DNA from: Holosporales bacterium
GTDB taxonomy: Bacteria; Pseudomonadota; Alphaproteobacteria; Holosporales; CAZGKG01
Assembly: GCA_044361745.1 (NCBI GenBank)
Contig: JBIKIF010000008.1
Span: forward strand, 133 to 64,132
Direction of reading: 5' to 3'
DNA length: 64,000 bases
Shown: piece by piece, positions 47,625-56,186 of the stretch
How the letters are laid out: every line of letters starts with the position of its first letter
Numbering within the stretch: the first letter of the stretch is position 1
Translations under genes and position numbers: made by a program
The notes under the pieces: generated by a model
The model's input: only the letters and a program-made list of their open reading frames with translations
Told to the model about the DNA's origin: nothing
Databases searched by the model: none

Positions 47625-48785
47625 GTGCGGAAAATTCTACTCGCATTGGGGGCTTTCTGTGCGCTTGGGGGTATCCTGTTCTCGACGTTCTGGGAAAAAG
47701 ATGAGCGGTTTCGGGTGCCCGTTTTAAGGGTCTACACATGGGCCCATTACCTTCCTCAGGACGTGATTCGAGATTTTGAGGCTACCTATGGCGTTCAGGT
47801 CGAAGTGGATGTCTTCGAGAGCCTTGAGACTTTAGAAGCCAAGCTTCTCGCTGCCCGCAGTGGGTATGATATTGTGTTACCTCCTGCCTGGCCAACGGTG
47901 GCCTTGTTTATTCCTTCCGGTGCTTTCTTGCCGTTGGATTTAACTCAAATTCCCAATGCGCGTGGGATTGATTCTTCTTTTCTCAAAACGCTTGCCCAGG
48001 CGGATCCGGGGAACCGTTACGTTCTGCCCTATCTTTGGGGGACAACGGGATTGGCCTATGACGCCCGTAAGCTTGATGTCTTGGCTCCTGAAGCCCCTCG
48101 GGACAGTTGGGCCTTGCTCTTTGATTCTCGGTGGGCTTCCCAGTGGGCTTCTGCACGGGGATCTCTTTTAGATTCACCGATGGATGTGTTCCCGGCAGCT
48201 CTTTTGTATTTAGGAAAACAGGGGAATATTCAAGATTTAAAAAGTTTGCAGGAAGCAGCAGATGCGGTGTTTCAGGTGCGTCCATGGATCAGTAAATTTG
48301 ATTCGTCCCAAGTGTTACAGGATTTGATTTCAGGAAATGTTGCGGTGGCTCAAGTGTTTTCTACTTATGGCAATATGGCGGCCCGTCATACGCGGGACTC
48401 CAAGACAGGCCCCCGTATTGTGTACACCATTCCTCAAGAAGGGGCGTTGATTTGGGCGGATGTCATGGCAATCCCCAAAGATGCTCCGAACCGAACATTA
48501 GCGCACCAATTTATGAATTTTATTCTACGGCCAGAAATCATGGCGCGGATCAGTAATCAAATTCAGGCAGCCAACAGTGTGCCAGCGTCTTCTGCCTTTA
48601 TGGATCCGGATATTCTTAAAAATCCAGGGATTTATCCTCCTCCGGAGACTCTTGAGAAACTTTTGGCTGATCAGCTTCCTGATCGCGGGTATGAGCGCAT
48701 TCGTCTGCGCTTGTGGACCCAGATTAAGACGGGCTATTATGTGAAGTCTTTGCCCAATGCCTTCAAGAAGGAGGACCCTCTATGA
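47625..48785 (+). CDS. potD: Spermidine/putrescine ABC transporter substrate-binding protein (PotD/PotF-like)
   Basis: The 5' part of track ORF 47367..48785 overlaps ychF. GTG 47625 gives the signal anchor 'RKILLALGAFCALGGILF'. 'LRVYTWAHYLPQDVIRDFEATYGVQV', 'VLPYLWGTTGLAY' and 'IPKDAPN'. Confidence 0.85.
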   Translation: MRKILLALGAFCALGGILFSTFWEKDERFRVPVLRVYTWAHYLPQDVIRDFEATYGVQVEVDVFESLETLEAKLLAARSGYDIVLPPAWPTVALFIPSGAFLPLDLTQIPNARGIDSSFLKTLAQADPGNRYVLPYLWGTTGLAYDARKLDVLAPEAPRDSWALLFDSRWASQWASARGSLLDSPMDVFPAALLYLGKQGNIQDLKSLQEAADAVFQVRPWISKFDSSQVLQDLISGNVAVAQVFSTYGNMAARHTRDSKTGPRIVYTIPQEGALIWADVMAIPKDAPNRTLAHQFMNFILRPEIMARISNQIQAANSVPASSAFMDPDILKNPGIYPPPETLEKLLADQLPDRGYERIRLRLWTQIKTGYYVKSLPNAFKKEDPL

Positions 48786-49924
48786 GTAAACTGTCTCTTT
48801 CACGCCTTGAGCCCTGGCAAGATCCTAAAGCGAGGCCTTATATCCATATCGATGGAGTTTCTAAGACTTTTGGGGGGGCGACGGCTGTCGATAATGTGAC
48901 CCTTTCGATTTTTCAGAAAGAGTTTTTTTCCCTTCTGGGGGGATCTGGGTGCGGGAAATCAACCCTTCTAAGATTGTTGGCAGGCCTTGAGCGCCCAACC
49001 CATGGCCGCATTTACATTGATGGGATTGATGTGACAGAGACGCCTCCCTATGAGCGCCCTGTGAATATGATGTTTCAATCTTATGCGCTCTTTCCCCATA
49101 TGACTGTCATAGATAATGTGGCTTTTGGCTTGCGGCAGGAGCGTCTTCCCCAAACGGTCATCAAAGATCGGGTTCGGGCGATGTTGGATTTGGTTCATAT
49201 GGAAAAATATGCCCACCGAAAACCCCATCAGCTTTCGGGGGGGCAGCGTCAGCGGGTGGCTTTGGCCCGTTCTCTTGCAAAGCATCCAAAGGTGTTGTTG
49301 TTAGATGAGCCTTTGGCGGCCCTCGATAAAACGTTGCGGGAAAAAACCCAGTTTGAGTTGGTGAACATTCAGGAAAAAGTCGGGATTACCTTTATCATGG
49401 TGACCCATGATCAAGAAGAGGCGATGACCGTCTCCACCCGAATGGGGATTATGGATCATGGGCGGGTCCGTCAGGTGGGGACGCCTGGGGAGATTTATGA
49501 ATATCCTAACTCTTTGTTTGTTGCTAATTTTATTGGGTCGATGAATATTTTTGAAGGGCTTGTGGTGGAGAATGAGGCGGACTATGTCTTGGTGCGCTCC
49601 GAGGAAGCAGGGTGTGATCTATATATTAGCCATGCCGGCTCTGCGCCTTTGGGGGCTCAGGTTTCTATTGCTATCCGACCGGAAAAAATCATGATGCAAA
49701 ATCGTCAGCCTACCAAGGATCCGACTCGTAACGTTGCCTCAGGGATTGTGAAAGATATTGGGTATCTTGGGGACGTTTCTATTTACCATATCGAGCTTCC
49801 CTCTGGAAAAGTTGTTCTGGCCACCCAGCCTAATTTGGTGCGTTTGGCGGAGAGGCCTGTCCAGTGGGATGATCGGGTGTATGTGTCTTGGAAACCGGAG
49901 AATGGGATTTTGCTCACCGCTTAA
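48782..49924 (+). CDS. potA: Spermidine/putrescine ABC transporter ATP-binding protein
   Basis: Walker A 'GGSGCGKST', signature 'LSGGQRQRVALARSL', Walker B 'LLLDEPL' and a C-terminal TOBE-like region. ATGA overlap with the potD stop. Confidence 0.92.
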   Translation: MSKLSLSRLEPWQDPKARPYIHIDGVSKTFGGATAVDNVTLSIFQKEFFSLLGGSGCGKSTLLRLLAGLERPTHGRIYIDGIDVTETPPYERPVNMMFQSYALFPHMTVIDNVAFGLRQERLPQTVIKDRVRAMLDLVHMEKYAHRKPHQLSGGQRQRVALARSLAKHPKVLLLDEPLAALDKTLREKTQFELVNIQEKVGITFIMVTHDQEEAMTVSTRMGIMDHGRVRQVGTPGEIYEYPNSLFVANFIGSMNIFEGLVVENEADYVLVRSEEAGCDLYISHAGSAPLGAQVSIAIRPEKIMMQNRQPTKDPTRNVASGIVKDIGYLGDVSIYHIELPSGKVVLATQPNLVRLAERPVQWDDRVYVSWKPENGILLTA

Positions 49925-50026
49925 TGAGACCCCCATATGCAAGAATTGAAATGAGAGTATACTAGAAACCTATAATTTTGTGATCAGCTTATATATATTG
50001 CGTTCTATTTGAAAGAAAGGGAAGTG

Positions 50027-50347
50027 ATGAAAATACTGACAGATGCAACATTTAAGACACAAGTGTTAGAAGCCAGCATACCAGTGGTGGTGGATTTTTG
50101 GGCGCCCTGGTGTGGCCCTTGCCGCATGCTTGCCCCTGTGGTTGAAGAAGCTTCTGTGATTTTGGGATCCGAAGCTCATGTCTACAGCATGAATATTGAT
50201 GAGAATCCCCTGACGCCTTCTGAATATGGCGTTCTCAGTATTCCGACTCTCATGCTGTTTTGGAAAGGCGAGCTGGTTGATACCCGTGTTGGCATTCAGA
50301 CTCTTGACAGTTTGGTCGCGTGGGTCAAAGCAATCCCAGGGTCTTGA
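50027..50347 (+). CDS. trxA: Thioredoxin
   Basis: 'VVVDFWAPWCGPCRMLAP' and 'SIPTLMLF'. ATG at 50027. Confidence 0.93.
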   Translation: MKILTDATFKTQVLEASIPVVVDFWAPWCGPCRMLAPVVEEASVILGSEAHVYSMNIDENPLTPSEYGVLSIPTLMLFWKGELVDTRVGIQTLDSLVAWVKAIPGS

Positions 50348-50389
50348 CAATTTTCAAGACCCCCTAGAATTGAATCAACATTTTTTGAA

Positions 50390-50695
50390 TTACACACTTG
50401 CCATCCTGCGGTTGATCTTATCCCGAAGAAGCTGAGATGGGCGAAAGCTCAGGCTTTTTCGGGCTGTAATCACCGCCTCCTCTCCAGTTTTTGGATTCCG
50501 ACCAATCCGTTGCTTTTTTTGGTGAATGATAAAGGTTCCAAAACAAGAAATCTTGAGCATGCTCTCGTGACTTAGATTGATAAAGATCTCATCTAGGATG
50601 GCTTCAATCAGAAAAACCGCTTTGTTTTGAGAGACCATAAATTGACGTGTAAATATCTCAGATAAATCCATTCGTGTCAGGGTTTTATTCTGCAT
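50390..50695 (-). CDS. ihfA: Integration host factor subunit alpha (HU/IHF family)
   Basis: 'RIGRNPKTGEEAVITARKSLSFRPSQLLRDKI' matches the IHF-alpha arm and C-terminal pattern. Confidence 0.85.
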   Translation of the reverse strand: MQNKTLTRMDLSEIFTRQFMVSQNKAVFLIEAILDEIFINLSHESMLKISCFGTFIIHQKKQRIGRNPKTGEEAVITARKSLSFRPSQLLRDKINRRMASV

Positions 50696-51015
50696 GGCAA
50701 CTCCTTTGATTCAATTTATCAACGCCTTCTTTTCTAACAGCAAACAAGTAAAAAAGAATTTTACGCCATAACAAATAATTGTTTTTACATATAAAAAAAT
50801 TAAGTCAAATAAAAAATGTCGGATTTATTTTTAAAATCAAGGGGGCATGGGGCACCGTTTCCGGGCGCCAAGGCATCTTTTTCCCAAAACCCAGATAATA
50901 TGCCCATTGTTCTATTTTAAGGAGTGCACCAAAGAAAGTTTTTGTTATTTTTAGATTTTTAAATTTGACTTAACGTCTAATAAAGATTAAAAATATCGCA
51001 AAAAGGAGATGGAAA

Positions 51016-51579
51016 ATGAAAGAAAATGCTCTAAAAATTGGTCTGATGGGCTTTTTTGTTTTAGGAAATCCCTTGTGGGCTGAGTCAGAAAACTTAAATC
51101 AGTCGAATAATTTTTTGGTGAGTGCAGAGCAGGATGCCGCTTCCGTGATTGAGGCGCCCCCTTCCCGTGGGGAGAGTGCGTCTAGAAATGCCATCCGCGC
51201 CACAGGGGCGTCTCCCATACAATCTCAAGATCTCGCCGTTGACGAAGCAGATGAGGAAGTCAAGACTGATACAAAACGTCGCGTAAAAAAGACTTCTCCA
51301 GAAGATCAGAAAGATTTGGGGTGTTGGCCGTCTCCTCCAATCACCTGCAAAACACTTCTCAAAAGTTCTGGATCCCCGAATGCGTCCTCAGAATTTATCC
51401 GCACTGATGCTTTGCGGGGGTGCTTTGGTTTGCAGGCCTTGATTTCGGTGATTGGTAAGCCGGGTTTTAGAGGGCCGCGCCTGAAAAAGCTTCTTATCTC
51501 TGTGCGGGAAGATACAAAGAAAAAGCTATGGATTTTAGCAGCTGCACAACGGGCTTTCCAAGATCCGAATGACCACTAA
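51016..51579 (+). CDS. Hypothetical secreted protein
   Basis: AAAGGAGA lies upstream of the ATG. Signal-like N-terminus 'LKIGLMGFFVLGNPLWAE'. No family recognised. Confidence 0.5.
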   Translation: MKENALKIGLMGFFVLGNPLWAESENLNQSNNFLVSAEQDAASVIEAPPSRGESASRNAIRATGASPIQSQDLAVDEADEEVKTDTKRRVKKTSPEDQKDLGCWPSPPITCKTLLKSSGSPNASSEFIRTDALRGCFGLQALISVIGKPGFRGPRLKKLLISVREDTKKKLWILAAAQRAFQDPNDH

Positions 51580-51617
51580 ACCTCCAAACGCGATGTTCGA
51601 AAGCGTGGCGTTGTTAT

Positions 51618-53042
51618 TTATCCAACGCCTTGACCGTTTTTGAGCTGAACAAGATAGGCCCGACTCATTTTTTGAACGTAGTCCTTAAACGCACGAAGGT
51701 CCTTTCCGGCCAAGACTTGTGAGGGAATTTGAGCAATCGCTTTTGGGTTAATCTGTTTCCGATTTTTCAAAAGCTCAAAGTGCAAATGGGGGCCTGTTGA
51801 TCGGCCCGTTGTACCGATATGCCCAATCACTTGACCTTGACGGACACGTCCACCTGTACGAATCCCTGTACCATAGCGGCTTAAATGGGCATAGGCTGTA
51901 TGATACCCGTTGCCGTGACGAATCAAAACGTAATTTCCATACGCCCCATAAAAAGAAGCTCGCTCAATCACCCCATCAGCTGCAGAGAAAATAGGCGTTC
52001 CTTTCGGGGCCGCAAAATCTAACCCTTTATGCATTTTGGTATACCCGAGAATTGGGTGTCGCCGGGCTCCAAACGGAGAGGATAGGCGGGCGCCATCCAC
52101 AGGTGTACGCATAAATGTCTGGCGCAAAGCTTTGCCATTTTCATCAAAAAATTCAGGATTCTCCTGATTTGGGCGTTTAAATTGATAAAATTTATGGGGG
52201 ACCCCCCCCACCGTGATGGAGGTGAACAAAAAAGTCTCTGGACGGCTCTGGTCCCGTTTTTCATCCCAGACGGTTTCGTAGAAAATTTTAAACTTATCGC
52301 CTTTTTGAAAATCTCTCTGAAAATCAAATTTCTGACCCAAAACACGGATCATTTTATGGAGAATCACAGGATCCACCCCTTGACGAAGGGCATCTTGATA
52401 CAGGCTGACTTCAATGGTCCCCTCAACAGCGACCTGGCGTTTGCGCAACTGATAGTGCACTTTTTTTGCCTTAAAGCCTTCTTTCGTTGCAGATACTTGA
52501 AGTTCAAGGCCCATAGCTGGTGAGAACGAAAGCGTTTCAAGAGTGGGCTGTCGTCCAACACTACACAGGTAAGTCACCTGAATTTCTTGACCTGCTTTCA
52601 ATTCTTTAGGATTGATCAAGGGCTTCAAAGCGGTGACCACCGAATGGGATGCATCGGCTGAAAAGCCAACTTCTGACAAGAGACCTACCAGGGTGTGACC
52701 GCCCGCAAGTGTCAACGTTTTCTTGACCAGGGTGGGTGACTTCTGGACACAGACAATAGGTTTTTGTGAGGCGGTCTGCTGGGTCAATCTTTCAGACGCA
52801 GGTGCCCGTGATCTCAAAAATGAAGGGGCATAAAGAGTCACAGTCCCGTAGGGTTTTGACGGTTGACCTGGACGATTCAAAGCGCCAGAGTTCAGGAAAG
52901 CGAACCCATAGACAGCCAAAATAGGCAGGAGGCCGCCACAAATTTGCAGGCGATTGGCTTCAAAATAAGCAAGCGTCGCCTGTAAAAATTTAGGTCGAAT
53001 TTCTCGCATTTTTCCTTCAAACTTTTGCTTACTTAATGTCAC
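51618..53042 (-). CDS. M23 family metallopeptidase with N-terminal membrane anchor (MepM/YebA-like murein endopeptidase)
   Basis: TM 'ICGGLLPILAVYGFAFL'. Catalytic motifs 'HKGLDFAAPKGTPIFSAADG', 'GNYVLIRHGNGYHTAYAHLS' and 'GTTGRSTGPHLHFEL'. Confidence 0.9.
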   Translation of the reverse strand: MTLSKQKFEGKMREIRPKFLQATLAYFEANRLQICGGLLPILAVYGFAFLNSGALNRPGQPSKPYGTVTLYAPSFLRSRAPASERLTQQTASQKPIVCVQKSPTLVKKTLTLAGGHTLVGLLSEVGFSADASHSVVTALKPLINPKELKAGQEIQVTYLCSVGRQPTLETLSFSPAMGLELQVSATKEGFKAKKVHYQLRKRQVAVEGTIEVSLYQDALRQGVDPVILHKMIRVLGQKFDFQRDFQKGDKFKIFYETVWDEKRDQSRPETFLFTSITVGGVPHKFYQFKRPNQENPEFFDENGKALRQTFMRTPVDGARLSSPFGARRHPILGYTKMHKGLDFAAPKGTPIFSAADGVIERASFYGAYGNYVLIRHGNGYHTAYAHLSRYGTGIRTGGRVRQGQVIGHIGTTGRSTGPHLHFELLKNRKQINPKAIAQIPSQVLAGKDLRAFKDYVQKMSRAYLVQLKNGQGVG

Positions 53043-53110
53043 AAAACCATCCCAAAATTAAAAAAATAATGTCAAATATTTTCTATAAGGCAGAGACCTC
53101 TAAGAAAATA

Positions 53111-54277
53111 TTAAGAAAATCGACGAGAGTCCTTCTGCTCCCTTTGGTCAAAGCTCTCAACCTCTTGCTGAGAAAGCACGCGTGTGAGGAAACGAAGTTC
53201 TTCCCGCAAAGCTTCTAACGTGTCCCGATGGGCGTTGAGAAAGAGATTGGAAAATTGAGAAAGGATCTGCTCCATTTGGGACGTTTGCCATTTGAGGCTT
53301 TCTTGCAAAGGTTGCCCTTGAATCTCATGAACGAGGGCTTTCAGAGCTCCTTGAATACTGGATTGGCCTTCCGCCATCTTCAGGAGCAACGGTTGTTCAG
53401 CGCGCATTTGATCCGCAAGCCTGCCTATTTTTTGCCCTAACTGATCAAGTGTTTCATTCAAAGCCGCTCTGTCCGCCTCTCCCCGGGTGAGAACACGCTG
53501 CAGCTTTTCCAGCTGCTCAACCAAATGGGGGATCAAAGCACCCACATATTTCTCCGAAAGAGGCTCTAGTTTGAGGGCTAAAGGCTCCCTCTGAAGATTC
53601 TCTGTCAAGCGTTCCAAAGAGACGAGAAAGGTATTCCCAAGCTTATTCAGCTGCACATCCACAAACCCCAAAACAATGGAGGCTGAAATCCCAAAAAGCG
53701 ATGAACCAAACGCTGTTCCCATGCCGGCGAGGGGGCGTTGGAGGCTCTCTTTTAAAAGAGCAAAAAAATCCGTTCCTGCAGTTTCCTGGGTGGGTAACTG
53801 AGCAAGCACATGGGAAATCGATTGAATGGTCAGAGACAATCCCCAAAAAGTCCCCAAAAGACCCAAGAAAACAAGACTTCCCATTCCGTAGCGTAAGCCT
53901 TCATGGGTGTTTTGAAACAGAGCTCCATAAAATTCCTGCAAAAAGATTCGCGCGGATGAAGAGCTTTCTTTGCCTTCTCTCAAAAGAGTGTCCAAAGGTT
54001 CTAGAAGGGCCGGAAGCTCTCTGCTTCCTCTCAAAGATGTCGCAGACCAATAGGGGGAATCCTGATCTGAGGTCTCCAGAAAAGACAACCCCCGCGTGAG
54101 GCGGACGAGAGCTAAAAGACCATACAAAAGCCCTCCCAGAAAAACAGCACCGATAAAGCCGTTCAGTTCTGGGTTCGCCATAAACACAGAGAGAATCTGT
54201 GGCCCCACACTCACAACACACGCCCCCACAAACGCCAGAAAAAGAGTTGTCCAAAGAACAAAGCGCCAGGCTGCCAC
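53111..54277 (-). CDS. MotA/TolQ/ExbB-like membrane protein with long C-terminal coiled-coil tail
   Basis: There are 4 predicted TM segments. The TM3/TM4 hairpin 'LVFLGLLGTFWGLSLTI' .. 'GMGTAFGSSLFGISASIVLGFV' resembles the proton-channel signature of the family. A ~170-aa heptad-rich C-terminus follows. No MotB/ExbD/TolR-like gene is adjacent. Confidence 0.6.
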   Translation of the reverse strand: MAAWRFVLWTTLFLAFVGACVVSVGPQILSVFMANPELNGFIGAVFLGGLLYGLLALVRLTRGLSFLETSDQDSPYWSATSLRGSRELPALLEPLDTLLREGKESSSSARIFLQEFYGALFQNTHEGLRYGMGSLVFLGLLGTFWGLSLTIQSISHVLAQLPTQETAGTDFFALLKESLQRPLAGMGTAFGSSLFGISASIVLGFVDVQLNKLGNTFLVSLERLTENLQREPLALKLEPLSEKYVGALIPHLVEQLEKLQRVLTRGEADRAALNETLDQLGQKIGRLADQMRAEQPLLLKMAEGQSSIQGALKALVHEIQGQPLQESLKWQTSQMEQILSQFSNLFLNAHRDTLEALREELRFLTRVLSQQEVESFDQREQKDSRRFS

Positions 54278-54358
54278 GTGTTACCTCATTTGATTAATTT
54301 TTAACCATTTCGAAAGGTTATAGTGAGACAAAAAAAGATTTTTTAAAACCCCTTTTTC

Positions 54359-54901
54359 TCATCCGGTGACAGAAGCTAAGGCATCCTTATTGACTTTAAT
54401 ATGGGTCTGCACCTCCTCGGGAACCCCTGCAGGGGCTTGTTTTGAACTCAAAGAAACACCAGGAAGAACCCTGAATGTGCTGTCCTTGATCTGTCCAAGG
54501 CGGATTTCTTCAAGCTTCTGTTTTCCAAGGGCTACGGCTTTTTTAGCTTGCGCCTTTTGGATCCAGATTTTTTTGACTTTGTCTGAAATCTCCCCGAAAG
54601 GCGGAATATGGGAGGAAAGGATTTTATCTAGGCGCACAACGGCGTAATGTCCAGGAGAACTCTCTCCAAAATGGACCACCACTGTTTCCCCTTCTTTTGT
54701 TAGATTAAAGACCGCTTCCAGAACCCTTGGGTTGGCCTTGATCCGGGCATTTTTCTCTTGAGGATCAAAGGTCTGGGATCCTAATTTGTATTTTTGAGAC
54801 AAGCTCTGAACAATTAGCGTCTGAGCAATTCCAGATTGGGAAAAGGTACAAAGGATTTTACCCCTTGACGGAAGCAAATGACTATGAAAATGGGCAAACA
54901 A
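54359..54901 (-). pseudogene. Truncated PpiD/SurA-N-like periplasmic chaperone fragment (C-terminal portion only)
   Basis: Only about the last 130 codons ('NPRVLEAVFNLTKEGETVVV..GHYAVVRLDKI..FGEISDKVKKIWIQKAQAKKAVALGKQKLEEI') resemble the C-terminal region of ~600-aa PpiD-like proteins. The space up to coq7 is too short for a full-length gene. Confidence 0.4.
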
Positions 54902-55182
54902 TCATTCTGGGCGACATCCAGGAACCCTATTGTTACGCCACAGGTCATCAAGTGTTTAACAAATTCGACTGTGAAGCACTCGCCCGTGTTCTCAAAATGA
55001 CAGGATTTGAGGTGCTCAATTCTTGGTAGACAGACCATACGTTAGGGACGCTTTATCCCGCCAATGATCCCGATATCACGAAAAAACCCCAGCTTTCAAA
55101 AGCGGTTGTTGTGGCCAGAAAGCCTGTCCATCCATCCCAAGATTCTTCACAGGGTGCAGCAGCTGCAGTCGCGACCCCTTAA
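54865..55182 (+). pseudogene. Methyltransferase C-terminal remnant (possibly UbiG-like) with in-frame TAG
   Basis: Hand translation: ..IILGDIQEPYCYATGHQVFNKFDCEALARVLKMTGFEVLNSW*TDHTLGTLYPANDPDITKKPQLSKAVVVARKP.., with TAG at 55027-55029. 'NKFDCEALARVLKMTGFEV' resembles the UbiG 'KFIKPSEL..L..AGLEV' region. No N-terminal SAM-binding part is present. Confidence 0.3.
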
Positions 55183-55406
55183 AGAGAGTCAAACCTCCAG
55201 ACGGGAAAATTTGTGATGATTGGATGGGGGTTCAAGATGTCAGTGGCGGTATCGGGAGACTTGCTTCTGATGTCTGACCCGTGGGATACTGGGAAAGGTT
55301 TGATCTCGTCCATTAAGGGGATCTCAGCGCGGGAAGAACGATAAACCTTGGTCGCGTGGGGGTCCGCTGAGTCTCTTTGTCGCCACGGTTGTCAAGGTGT
55401 GATCCT

Positions 55407-55970
55407 ATGGTTTCGTCTCCGTTTCTGCCCCAATCACCCCTTCCGGCGGAGCGCTCCCCTCGCGCCTCCCTCGATCGCATCTTTCGTGTCGATTTGGCTG
55501 GGGAGCAGGGAGCAGAGGCCATTTATGCAGGCCAATTGTGGGCTCTTGGACCGCGTCATCCTTTGGCTTTCCTGATTCAAGATATGGCTTCCCACGAAGC
55601 CAAGCATAGGCAAGGTTTCCAAAAATACATGGCGGATCATCAGGGGCGCCCTTCTCTTTTGGGTCCGCTCTGGAATGGTTTGGGTTTGGCCTTGGGCGCT
55701 GTGACGGGGCTTCTCGGCGGTCAGGCGGCGATGGCCTGCACCACTGCTGTTGAATCTGTGATTAACGCTCATTATGCCTCCCAAATTGATCAGGTGCAAA
55801 ACACCTTTCCAGATCTCGCTCAGTTCTTGAGGGCTTGTCAGGAAGAAGAAATGCATCACCATGATATCAGTTTAGCCCATGGAGCTTCTGAGGCCCCCTA
55901 CGCGGAGAGCCTTCAAGCTCTGATTCGTGCGAGCACCCGTCTCGCAGTTTCCATTGCGAAGAGAATTTAA
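55407..55970 (+). CDS. coq7: Demethoxyubiquinone hydroxylase (Coq7 family)
   Basis: Di-iron carboxylate motifs 'RVDLAGEQGAEAIY', 'EAKH' and 'QEEEMHHHD'. ATG at 55407 (track ORF 55377). Confidence 0.9.
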   Translation: MVSSPFLPQSPLPAERSPRASLDRIFRVDLAGEQGAEAIYAGQLWALGPRHPLAFLIQDMASHEAKHRQGFQKYMADHQGRPSLLGPLWNGLGLALGAVTGLLGGQAAMACTTAVESVINAHYASQIDQVQNTFPDLAQFLRACQEEEMHHHDISLAHGASEAPYAESLQALIRASTRLAVSIAKRI

Positions 55971-56186
55971 GCCTATGCCAAGTCCCCTGGCCTGCAACAC
56001 AAGCCTCTCCAGCCCATTTGATACGCTCTCCTAGGCCTGACAGCCTAGAGCCTCATCTCCAGCTTGAGTCCATTGTCTCCGCCAGCCTTCCCTGAAATTT
56101 TTTTGCCTCTTATTCAAAAGATGGGAGGGTGCAATCCTTTATTCAGTTCAATGTTTATTGAACTGAAGTTGATTGAGGCTCGTTGA

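Noticed and set aside
56142..56167. Perfect 11-bp AT-rich hairpin (TTCAGTTCAAT/ATTGAACTGAA) between the convergent genes coq7 and the MidA-like gene.
   Set aside because: It is probably just a weak bidirectional terminator or a chance palindrome. No U-tract follows on either strand and there are no repeated copies elsewhere in the window.
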